A program made the translations under genes and the position numbers. Below the pieces are notes generated by a model, which saw only the letters and a program-made list of their open reading frames with translations, searched no databases and was not told the origin of the DNA. A DNA stretch of 64,000 nt from Tubiluchus corallicola (taxonomy: Eukaryota; Animalia; Priapulida): positions 1 through 64,000 of the forward strand of contig JAQGDQ010000752.1 in NCBI GenBank assembly GCA_030141605.1, in the 5' to 3' direction. Within the stretch, counting starts at the first letter, position 1. Each line of letters starts with the position of its first letter. Positions 12,088 through 51,400 of this stretch are shown here, one piece after another.

Positions 12088-12897
12088 TGCTCAAATGTTG
12101 CAAAAATCAAATATTTTTTCTGTAAAGTTATAACAATCGAAACGTGTTTCAAGATTCCTTAAACAGGTACTTTGATGAAGGCTTACACCAATGCTATGAC
12201 ATGAGTAATGACGTCATGGTAATGGGCCATTTTGCATCCGTATAATCAAAATGAGGAGCTTATTGATTTATGAAGCAGTGCACAAATGAGCCACCAACTA
12301 ACTTGTGCAAAAAATAATATTTTAATTAGCAATATTAATTAATTTGTTTCAGTATCACTGCCATATGGATTTATACTGTTACTACAAAAATGGGGTAAAG
12401 CTATTGTAAGCCGCTTACATTTTATGCATTGAAATGTTGAATTTCATCAATTGAGAATTTATTTTATATATATTTATAATGATGAAGTTGTAAATGTTTG
12501 TAAATCATGGAGCTGGGAGATGATCTTAGATCATGTTTTACTTGTAAATTAAACTATTTTCATGTGGCACTGTAGTCTTCTGCAATCGTGTAGCCTTTAT
12601 TGGCTGTTATTAATGATCAATTTTCTATCTGTAATAACTATTTTAGATGCTGTTTCTAATGCATTTACATAATTAATATTATGTGTATATTATGGTCACC
12701 TTTCATTCTTTCGTCGAAAAGGCCCAACGTTTTTGTTGTTTCTATTCAGCTCTTGTTTTTTTACGATGCATAGCAGGTATTTAGAATAAAGACTCGATGA
12801 CTTTAGAAGTCATCTTTCGTACAAAAATTCAGAAATTGTTCATTGATTTATCCCTGATTGAAGATTATTTTATTCTGTTTGTTGTAAACCAACTTGA

Positions 12898-13182
12898 TCC
12901 ACGTGCACCATGTAAACAACTTGCACGACGTAAACCACTTGCACCATGTAAACCACTTGCACCGTGTAAACAACTTGCATGACGTAAACAACTTGCACCA
13001 CGTAAACATCTTGCACCACATAAACCACTTGCACCATGTAAACCACTTGCACCACGTAAACAACTTGCACCACGTAAACCACTTGCACCACGTAAACAAC
13101 TTGCACCACGTAAACATCTTGCACCACATAAACCACTTGCACGACCTAAACAACTTGCACCACGTAAATCACTTGCGCCACT
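12898..13182. repeat. 18-bp tandem minisatellite (ACTTGCACCACGTAAACA/C), ~15 copies
   Basis: Direct; produces 6-aa periodic ORFs in several frames. Confidence 0.95.
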
Positions 13183-13423
13183 TTCAGAGCACCAACAAAA
13201 TCGGAGGCAGCAACGACAAACCAATTATAGATTTGATCATCAGCCTCCCATATGGGTTTCATTTCACAATAGCTTTCCGAAGATGCAGGTAGAGGACAGC
13301 ATCTCCACTCCAGTATCAGAAACACGATGAGGAATCCTTTGAACGAAGAAATCATTACAAAATACACTAGCTGACTAATACACTTTCACAAGTGCGAAGT
13401 CGAGTATGGTTCCTGCTAACATC

Positions 13424-13765
13424 AATAAGCCTTTTCACAGTTCCAGCGACTGACAATGATCGCGAAAAGGTCAAAGGTTAAGTGTATCAGACAATGCATT
13501 TGATGCCTCGCAATCTATACTGTTGTCATATTAACAGTTTTAGCAGCTGGCTAGCACCTTACCTAGTTCATTTTTTCTTGTTGCAAAGCAAAATCCTGCT
13601 AGTAAATCACTCTATGCACAGATTAATGCATAACTAAGTAAAGTCTATGTAACTCATGCGGCATACGGTTTTGCTTTACTCACATGTCACGTGACCTGTG
13701 GTACACTTAACCTTTGACCTCCACCAACTGCGCGTGCGCACAACAAAACTGTGAAAAGGCTTATT
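13424..13765. mobile_element. MITE family C with ~19-bp TIR AATAAGCCTTTTCACAGTT
   Basis: Perfect inverted termini; inverted copy at 19286-19669. Confidence 0.8.
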
Positions 13766-14287
13766 TGGAACAATCATGAAGTGTAAAATTCAGAATTTCA
13801 CCACTGTTAAAATACAAATAAGCAATTTAGTGAAAAATGTTAAAAATCAATAATGCATAACATAGTAAATTTGTAAATAATATTAGAATTTTATTTCCCA
13901 CCAATTAAGAACTCACACAATTCCATCACACAAATGTTCAACTATGAAATAATTAGTATAAGAATCATAGTAATTACAATTTAGGCCATTTTGTACCATC
14001 AAGATTATCACAGAGTGAGTTCAGTTTAATGTGCATTTGAAATACTGGACAGTGGTCGTCATCACAAACAGAGTGGAAACTCTTAACAAAAAAAACATAG
14101 AACAGAATAATTAGGATAAAAAGTACAATTACTTGTGTCACTAGTGTTGAAGCTATAAGCATTTCCACACTCATAAACACAAATGTGAAATTAACAGAGA
14201 CTTAGAACAGTCTAAGTAAATTATACCCGAAGCTAGCGTACCACGAAAATGAACAATTTACAAAAAAAATGCACTCGTTTTCAACAG

Positions 14288-14978
14288 TTAAAGTACAAGA
14301 AAACCCTCCACTTACAGAGTTCCAAACAATAAATTTATCTCGAAATTTTATATCACTTACATACTACCTTTTTGCATACAAGGTGTGCATCGGCAGTAAC
14401 GCTGTATAAAACCTGTAAATTTAAACTCCCGCGAGGACCATTAGACTGCAGCCATTTTGATGATATGTCATTTGAAACAAGTTTAGATAACACTGGGTAA
14501 AGTTTGAAAAAAATAATCAGAGAATTCGTAGCGCACAAGTCACTAAGTATAATTTCAAATTACTGTATCTTGTCAATAAAATTAAAAATACTTTTTTTGG
14601 TTTGTGAATTTGGCACCCTGGAGGTGAGCCAACGACATTTCACCATTTGGTAAAAACATTTTAAATAATTAATAATTTTCTTTTCTTGTTACATAAGTGT
14701 TTCAAGCAGGTATACGAAATACTAATAATAACTGTGCATGGAAAGTTTTTTGGGACATTGTTTAAGATTTCCTTTTCTTCCCCTGAATTACGTTGTGCGT
14801 ATATGACGTCATGTAATGGCGACTTCGCAACAGTATTGCGGGAGATTTAAAATGAAGGAAAACAAAAAATACTTTCAACGCGAGTACCATATATGCTTAA
14901 ATTTGCTATAAAGTAATGTAATTTTTTAAGGCGATTTTTCTAAAACCTACTTCAGGCACCCCTTTTCTTGTCCTTTAC
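14288..14978 (+). mobile_element. Kolobok-like MITE, family A
   Basis: Full-length homolog of 2826-3516. Confidence 0.8.
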
Positions 14979-15871
14979 TAGTGCACCTTCATCTGGGACG
15001 GCTCTAAAGAGGTACACGTGAACAATACTCAGTATTGCCATGTAGAACTGTGCACAGATTTACAATAAAGCAGCTAAAATACATGAACAAAACATAATTA
15101 TTATAACAGCGGGTTAGATTGCTTAAACAAAACTAAAAAATAGCAAAAATAATAACGTATTTCTATGATTGTATAATAATATTAATAATAACAACAACAA
15201 CAATTTCGACACGGTGGAATGCTGGCAAATTTGGTTGGGTCGTTTTGATTATTATCTGTTGGCCGTGGAATTTTCGTGCAAACACGAATGCTACGATATC
15301 ACAGCTGCAGCAAATATGCAGCACAACTCTGGGCAAGTTAAGCCTTCTTATCAACGCAGCTATCAATACAAAATTGTGTTTTCTTACCATGGCTCATTTA
15401 TGAAGTAGGAAAGCATTTCTTCTGAACAAAATAGCAGCGTCCATGGCTTCTTTACTTGTGATATTTCACTAATAATTTTCTATAAGTCACTCATATACAA
15501 CATAATATCATGTACTTTATAATGTAGTACCTATAATAAGAAATCAGGTTAAGTTACCAAATACCTAGAGATGTAATAGAAAAGTTAATGCAACGATATG
15601 TAACATATATCGTTCACATACACCAAATGCATAACATACTACGAGTCTATTGTTTTCTCTGAGGTCTGTATAATAAACAGTGCTCTGATTATTAATAGAG
15701 GGCTGGCGGGGCAGATTACAACATCCACCTCACTTGCAGATCACTAAAATGTATACGTTTTAAAGATTTCTTCTACTGCCAGAAAACCCGTAGTAGTACA
15801 AGGAGTAAATTACAATTTCCCTTGACCACTGCATACAAATTAGAGGTATGTGAAAAGATGGACCACTTGCT

Positions 15872-43092
<27,221 letters not shown>

Positions 43093-43997
43093 CTTGTTTC
43101 CATGACCGCTGAATTAATCACTGTAAATTGTCAGATGCACGAGCATATTTAACACTCAGCAGGACAATTTTGTAAAATTCTGCAAAGAAATCCAGACGCA
43201 CGATTTCAAGTTGTTACACACCAAGCACAGGCCTTACACTTACTATCATCAAGGCATTAATCGCAACTAAACTTACTACTACTAGCACTAGACCGTTGCA
43301 CTCTATTCTCCCGTCTCCAATACCCTCATTCTACTTTGAGCAATCGAAAGCAACTCGTAAATTCACAGACCTCTTTTATTAAATTCAAAACAAAAGAACT
43401 AGACGTAAGTTTGTAAACTGATAATTTTTAATTTATTACGTAATTGTGCACTTAACTCACCTAAATGATACACCTGAGCGATGAACTGACAGCGAACAAA
43501 TAAAATGTCGCAAAAACTCTGATGTTGTTAAACAGCCCACTATTCAAGACGCATCCATCTATCATTACAACTAGGGGCGATAGATCATCAAATGTGACAC
43601 AATAAAATTTATCTAACAAGTGTAATTAATTTTATTATTATTATAATTATTTATTTTATTTATTTAATAAGTGTAACGATAATTTAGTGTGTCAACTGCG
43701 TGTGAAGGAATGTGATACGAGAAAACATAAATGTAACTAAAATGTTTGTGAACTGTACAGTGAATAAAAGATCTATGTTTAGCAAAAACGAACACTTTCA
43801 GCAAAAGGAACGACAACAGCCAACGCCTTAATCAGACATAAGTAATAATTTAGAGACACCAATGCAGAATCTGTAGATGTAAGAATGTAATAATGTAAGT
43901 TTAACAGCATAACAAGTACAAGTCGTCGAAAATGGAGGGACAATCACAAATCAATTCATTACCGAGTGCACACTCGTGTAAAGTCACTAACAGAAAA

Positions 43998-44335
43998 TAG
44001 GGGTGAGCATTCTTTACCAGAAAGCGAATTCGAATCGAACCGAATTTGTGACTTTCGAATTCGAATCGAACCGAACTTCAGTGTTTCATATCACTAGACT
44101 TTGTTCTGCAATAAAACGACTAATAATTTGTTTAAAGTTGTGTGCAGAAATCACAGCTAAATTACGCTACTTGCATGATGTTTCTATCGTTTTAGTGATA
44201 AAGAACATGTGTGATTGAAGTGCTGAATTATTCGAATCTATAGTTTTGGATTCGAATCGAGTTCGAACTAAAAAAACTCGTTCGAATCGAATTCGATTCG
44301 AATGTTCGAACTCGAACGTTCGATGCTCACCCCTA
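43998..44335. mobile_element. hAT MITE family D, intact
   Basis: TIR TAGGGGTGAGCAT; perfect 8-bp TSD ACAGAAAA; TTCGAA-rich subterminal repeats; relics at 16756, 34181 and ~39300-39445. Confidence 0.9.
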
Positions 44336-44996
44336 ACAGAAAACACCAAAAAACAGGGAAGCCTAGATTTTGCAGAGGCTAACAGTTAAGTAGTAATACC
44401 TATGTCACAAGTAGGATGTAACCAAAGTAACAGAGGGGAGTAACTTTCATCCTCATGAAAGAAAGTATGAAGCACTGTTAACTTAATTGATCTGAGCCAC
44501 AGAAGGTGGCAGTACCATAAAACAATTTCTTTAACTGTTTACTTGATTCATAGGTGGCGCCAATAGCAACTATCAAAAATTTAGTTTCTATTATAGGACA
44601 TAGGTGGCACCACCGAGTTACTAAAAGCATCTGTGTGCTAGCATGCGTCCATGCAAGAAGTGCTAGGTATTATAGAAATAAAGCCGGCTTTTGAGCCTAA
44701 ATAGTTACTCATACAGATAAATATTTTTGGCTTAAATACATTTTGATGGAGCCAGTAATCCACATAAATACGACATTCCAGACATGTTATGTCCGTCAAA
44801 ATATTATACCTAACGTATTATTGTAAGCAGAGTATCATATGTCGAATATCATATATTATCAAAGTCGTCGTTAGCCATTGATTCATCCAGAACTAGATAC
44901 TCCTCAATTAAAAAAAATTAGCAAAACATCAATGCATCCACAAACAATTACTCATAATTAACACATCATAACTAACCAGTCTGGAGCGAGTTCCAA

Positions 44997-45200
44997 ACAT
45001 CATATATTATATTGTATTGTATTATATTATATTATATTATATCATATCATATCATATCATATCATATCATATCATATCATATCATATCATATCATATCAT
45101 ATCATATCATATCATATCATATCATATCATATCATATCATATCATATCATATTATATCATATCATATTATATTATATTATATTACATTACATTATATTAT
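44997..45200. repeat. (ATCAT)n / AT-rich microsatellite
   Basis: Direct. Confidence 0.95.
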
Positions 45201-45739
45201 GTATGCATGTATCTTTATTGTGTACTTTACTTATATTGTCCCTGTATATTGTATTATTGTATCTATTGTATCTATGTATATAACTGAGTATTTCTAGTTG
45301 TTTCTAGTTTTAGTTTTATGCACAGCAGTTTATAGTTTTGCACCGGACGCATGAGCCTGTAGTTTTAATAATAACTAATTAATTTTAACACTGAGGAATG
45401 TGATTTTGTTCTAATCCATTTTATAGCAAATAAAGTATTATATGTACATATTTACATTTTACGTGCTGAAATAGACTTTAAAATAAATAAATAAGAATAA
45501 TTAGTTACCTACACTCATACTAGGTGTCAGCAGTTGTGTTGACCTATACAAACCTATTTTTATCACAGGAATTATACCAATGTATCCCCCGTGGGCACAG
45601 GTAGAAAAAAATTATTATGAGTAAACAAGATGGACATACTGAACAAAAGTACCAAGCCAAATTTTTTTTCTTATAAAAAATAATTTGGCACTGAAAGGTT
45701 TAACTGAAAGCCGTGCTTTCCACAGCCCTACTGCTATCC

Positions 45740-46420
45740 ATTGGTAAAATGTTTATGGTTGATGATGTTCAATTGTATTTAGCTAATGTCAGAAATGCAC
45801 AATTTCAATTATTACACTTGCCACATAGACGCTCCTCTCGAGGAATAGGAGGCCTTATATACCGCCCAGTTTCTATACGCAGTGAGCGCTTGTTCTAAGC
45901 TTAGTCAATGCAATACGATCTTTAACATTGTTTACATTTACCAAATAAGACTCAAATTAAAAGTTTTAAATTTACTGTAAAAGGATAACGTTGACATTTC
46001 GGCTAGTGAATTTTTCCAATTGGTAACATAGCATGCTTATAACCTTCCTTCAGCAATATACAAAGTATTCATATACAATGGCACTATATCATCTTCTATG
46101 AAAAACATTAGATTTATAACAGGCAGTATTTTTGTTAGCCCTAGATACCACGACAAATTATATTGTTTAGACAAAATATAAGCTTCCTTGCACAGTCTGT
46201 TATCTGGTAGTGAAACTAATGGCACCCAATACTGAATGATTCTTATTTTAATTGATAGGTTGATGGTATATTTGCCCAATTCCCTCAAGGTAGCTGGTGT
46301 GGGTGTTCAGCTCTTTACTCCTAACACGGATTTGTAATATTTTACGCCTGCCGTTTCTAAATTATTAAATCTTTATATCCCCAGATTTCGCATGCATAAT
46401 CAGTGATTGGTTTAACGTAA
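45740..46420 (-). mobile_element. Degenerate LINE ORF2 C-terminal fragment (possibly RTE-X-like)
   Basis: ELGKYTINLSIKIRIIQYW...RLCKEAY and IETGRY...PREERLC motifs, with stops and frameshifts. Confidence 0.7.
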
Positions 46421-46869
46421 CAACGACATTGCTAGACTGGCGTCAAAATATCCAAACTGGTTATTGCCTAGTTCTTTTTCTTCGATCGCATCTGTTATTT
46501 TAACAATTTTATCAGATAAACCGTCACTGTTTGTCAAAAGCATTATCTAAACGGGACATTGGGCAAAAAATAACTTGACAGTGTGACATTTATACAGCAG
46601 AAGTGGTCAGGAGATGAACAAGAGAACAGCGCAGCGCGAAATACCAGTGATGTCACGCTGAAACTTTTACACATTGTATTTCATTATTAGTATTTTTCAT
46701 CTATAAAATATGGTGCATTCAAGTAAGTGTGGGAACAAGCTATGTATACGTGTGAACTTGAGATTAACATTAAAAAATGCCTCAGCGAGTACCCCCGTTT
46801 CTCCATTACCAGCGTAACAGCTTGACTTACCCACATGTAAATAAAGTGAGCAAGTCCTAACGGGACGTT

Positions 46870-47445
46870 GAATTGAACACTAGATCATACAATTTAAAGC
46901 AAATTACAGTAAACAATAAATTTGGAAATAACTCTATGTCAAAACAGGCCATACATTTATGGAACTTACTACCCAGTGAAATAAAACAAATAGAATCTCT
47001 CCACCACTTTAAAAAGAAATTAAAAGAATATCAATATAACAGGTTTCAACTTCCACATTGTGCATCTGATACTAATTACACAGACTCCACTTTCATCTAC
47101 CCCCGCCCCTGACTCCATATAATGATTACAAATGAAATTTTTTAAAAAAAATTATGTAATGTAATACGTGTTATGTTAGTTTCGTGTTTCGTAATGTTAA
47201 ATGTATAAATAGTGTGCACTATGGCATGTAAAATTTAATGTACTTTCGTATAATTGTTTGTAATAATATTTTAATATGGTATTTGTAAATATGTTCATTA
47301 TATTGTATATAGTTTTGCACGTTAGTTTTTTTTAGTCTGCACTGGACGCATTTGTCTTGAACAGTGTTGTTATTTTAACATTACGCTGAGGCTAACTCAA
47401 TTTTATTATAATGAGTGAACCGTTTTTATGACAAATAAAGAATTA
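46870..47445 (+). mobile_element. LINE (CR1/L2 group) 3' end with 3' UTR
   Basis: HLWNLLPSEIKQIESLHHFKKKLK followed by a UTR ending AATAAAG; related UTR at ~45300-45440. Confidence 0.7.
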
Positions 47446-48323
47446 ATATATATATATATATACACGTCACTTACGCTCTCTTTCCCGATTTTTCGCTTTT
47501 CGCAAGATGCCTATGCGGTGTTAAATTTGAAGTGTTCCAATGCTAAACAAAGCGAAACGCGCAAGTTTATATTAAAAAAAGTAAAGCCGTTTATGTTATG
47601 AACAAAAAGAGTTTAAAAGAAAGTATCTTAAAATTTTTTAGGATTAGCATTCATTATTGCATAATATTATTGCAACATCGTAATGAGTTGATGAATAAAA
47701 TTAGTACGTGTGTAAAAATGTACGCCGGGGGGCGGGCGCTACCATGGTTGGCGCCCAGAAAACTTTTGAACTGCTAGAACGCCGGAGAAGCATTTTCGAA
47801 GAGAAAATATGGAGTTATACAGTTGTTAAAGGAAAGAACAATTAAAAGAAAAACTGCTTTATTCTCAAAACCAGTCCTTAATACTTGACAATACTGGCAA
47901 ACACCGCGCGTGCGGCAGGAGAGAGAGGGGGGGGGAGAGGAGGCAGTATGTTCGGATAAAGCAAAAAAAGCTACCTTGGCGTGAGGCCCCCCTGGAGGGT
48001 GAGGCCCCGGGGAAGTATCCCCATTCCCCCCCCCTTGAAATAGGCCCTGGTTAGACATACTGTTTATGGGATTTGAAGACGTATACGTCCCATTTAATGG
48101 CTGAAAAATACCATGAGAGGTGGGAAAAAATCTGTCAATGGTTATATATTAATCGTACGAAAGCTTATCGAATTCTAATAAAAACTATCTCTGTCAGATT
48201 CAGCTTTCGAACTATATTTCAACAGCATTAAGTTCGTTAAAACTCAGTCAAAGTAACTAAAAATAAAGTTTTTGCTCGTCTTATTTCACGGGATTTACCT
48301 GGAAGGCAAATTTACCTACAATG

Positions 48324-48426
48324 GTTACTATAGCAACCGGAAGCATAATACTGTAACGCAAAAGTTGGGAGTGACGCTACGAACTCTGATTGGTCCTGAG
48401 CAACGGGCGAGAGTTCTATGACGTCA
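48324..48426 (+). promoter_or_regulatory. Promoter module: RFX X-box (GTTACTATAGCAAC), ETS core CCGGAAG, inverted CCAAT, CRE (TGACGTCA)
   Basis: Motifs clustered 70-175 bp upstream of the ATG at 48498. Confidence 0.65.
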
Positions 48427-48497
48427 CCCTACGCGACATTCAATTAGTTTTCGATACAACCAAAAAACGAAAACTGCGTTTGAGAAAGAGACAGAAA

Positions 48498-51400
48498 ATG
48501 ATTCCCTTTAGAAGGCGTTCAAAGAACGAAGTAAGCTAAATTTTAATATCTTTAATGTGTGTGCAGCTTCCTGAAAAATTTCAGCTCATGCAGTGTTAGG
48601 CTAGTAATGAGAAAAATTATCGCCATCATATGGCTATTGCGTCTATTGTAGACATACTATAGAAAAGCCTGCCCTCAAGATAGGTAAACACAGTAGAAAT
48701 CCAGCAGAAATCTAGATACTGTTATGTCAGCGGCAGAGAGGACAAGAAGAGAGAGTTCATAAATAAAAGTTTGAATTCGTCTTGAAATTTTGCATCAGTT
48801 ACATGCTGTTTCAAAAACGTTCAATTAACGTTCAAAAAATTAATCAGAGCAGTGGTAGGGCACATTTCTTCAACTAAGCATATCCATAAAATATTTTGTC
48901 TTATCAGCAAAATTAATAATACGTTTTTGGTGAGCCAGTTGTAGTACACAGTTTCACTCTTCCACCAGGATAGTGAAACAGTGACGTTTCACCAGTTGGC
49001 TAAATTAATGATTTGCTTTTTCAGGTACATTTTGTCTTTTTGACAGGTGAACATAATGCGACGTACTATAACTCTGAATGGAAACTTTTTCGGACGTACT
49101 GTAAATTTCCCCTTTCTTCCCTTTTAATTATTCAGTGGTCTTTTCGTGCTAGAAAGTCAGTTTAAAGCCCGTTGTCTAATTGGACTACTGATTTTAAACA
49201 TGTTTTTCACGTTTTGTGCTGTGTGTTGTGTAAGCGCTGCTAACTTTCATTGTACTATAATTGTAATTTTTTATTGTTTTATTTTATTTAATGTCACGAC
49301 ACTGTACTTTTGTATTGCACCTTGTAAAATTTAAATAGTCCTTGTCGACCGAATAAATAAATAAATAAATAAATATAAGTAAATACGCAATTACATATAT
49401 GAATAATTTATGTTAATGCGAGCTCTCGGGGTTCTTATTGCTCCTCTGTGCGTGGTAGGTTTCTAAAAGCGAAGAAGCTGATAAACTGTTTTCTCTACAA
49501 ATCTTGAAAATGATGCTGAGAATTACGCATAGAGACCCTGCAGTGTCTATACAACCTGCTACAAGTACCCGATAATAAAACCAATCCGTGTTTCTCACTG
49601 AAGGAAATTACAGATGCCTTTATTTCTGCCAAAAATATTTATTATATTTCACACCTGATAGGATTCTAACTCAATGTTCACCCTATTTTGCAGTGTGACA
49701 ACTGCCGAGGTCGCACGGGGCTTCTGCCCCATTTTCCACCGGTGCAAAGACCAAAGGAAGCGGTTCTGCCACCGTTATACGGGGGCAGACCCTTCTACCC
49801 ACCAAAAAATTCATTCGACAAAGTAAGTATGCTTACTAGCCATAATTAACTAACTATCGTTTTGCAAATGTTCGCAGTTAATAATCCGTTTTGCATTAGA
49901 ATTAAAGTACAATTTGTATTTTAGTGTTAAGCATGTTAGACTCATATTGCTGAGGCTTAGCAAATATACCAGTTTGCAATGTGCTGCCCTAAATACTTGT
50001 TTGTTCCCCCATGTGCATTACAGCGAGCGGAAAAAATGTACGTCATTAATCATATAAACCGCATAAAAGCAATACTAGATTAGAAAATCTGAAAAATCAT
50101 TTTGCACCGCCATCCGGCTATTCGGACAATTCTTACCCCAGAGGTTGCACCATTATTCTGCCGTGCAGAAATAGAGTAGAGTAGTAACTACAATTTTATC
50201 AAAACTGAGATTTTGATGTATGCTTACCAAGCAGATGGCGCTCTTTCTTGCTATTGTAATGAAATTTCATTTTAAGCAGTAATTTTAGCACAAGTAACGT
50301 CCCATGACAGGTTTTGAAAAACCCCATTACAGAATTAAGAAGCAGTAATTTCACAGGGGGTCTGCTCAAAAACAGAAATACCAATTTACGTATTCCAGAT
50401 TCTTTGCTTTGCAGAAATAAAAAATAGTAACTTTCAGCCGGATTTGCAGTTACTGCTTTCTGTCTCTGTTTCATTCAAGCCAGCACTACAAATCGATAAA
50501 AAGTTTATTTGAACACTAGCAAAGGCCCGCAAAAAATTTTGCTTATAAATACACTTATAATCAAAAATACGCGAAGATCCTACCTAGTGTTTGTCTGTTT
50601 ATCTAACGCAAAGCCAGCAGCAACAGCAGCAGCAGCTTTTACTGAATTAAAGTTATAAGCAGAGTATAATGGATGACGTCACAACAACGGCTTTGCGTCA
50701 GCAGTTTTCCAAGCGAAAATTGCCAAAAATGAAACATCTAATTAACTCGTCGGTACTCCTCTTGGTGCACGTGTACTAAATAGCCCACATCATCGTGTAG
50801 CCCTGTTCTTCCTCTATCTAAAGAGCTATATATCTCCTTTCGAGAGCCCCACTAGGCGCCGCCAGAACGTTTTTTCCGCGTGCTGTTTGACCAAAATTTC
50901 GAAAAAATCGCTAGTTGGGTCCGGGAAAGTACCCCTTACGGAACGCCGTGGCCCTCTCAGGAACTCCAAATACGCCTATGGCACCCACCGCTGAACGGGC
51001 TTACTATCCATAGCCAGTTCTCGTTTTTCAGATCTCAGACGTATAATTTTTGCAAAAAACGACCGAAAAATGGCCATTTTTGGAGTTTGAAACTTTGTGG
51101 CGTCTAGGCAATAATCAATAATAATTCTGTTTTGCGAGTAGTAAGATATTGGGTAATGAGTCTTGATAGAGAATACCACATTTTTAGAGAACAAAGATAT
51201 GAGAGTAGTCTACCGCACTACAGCACTTGAATAACTTTAATTGGCTGAAATGCTTTCTGTGAAACAATAAAAGCTTCGAGTCAAGAAAACTTTTTGTAGG
51301 TGCCTTCTTAGGTTCCTATATTGTAGCACGCATTGGCCTATTGCATTAATTTTGAAACAGCTGTATAGCGTTACTTGATTTTGTTACCAAACAATTACGG

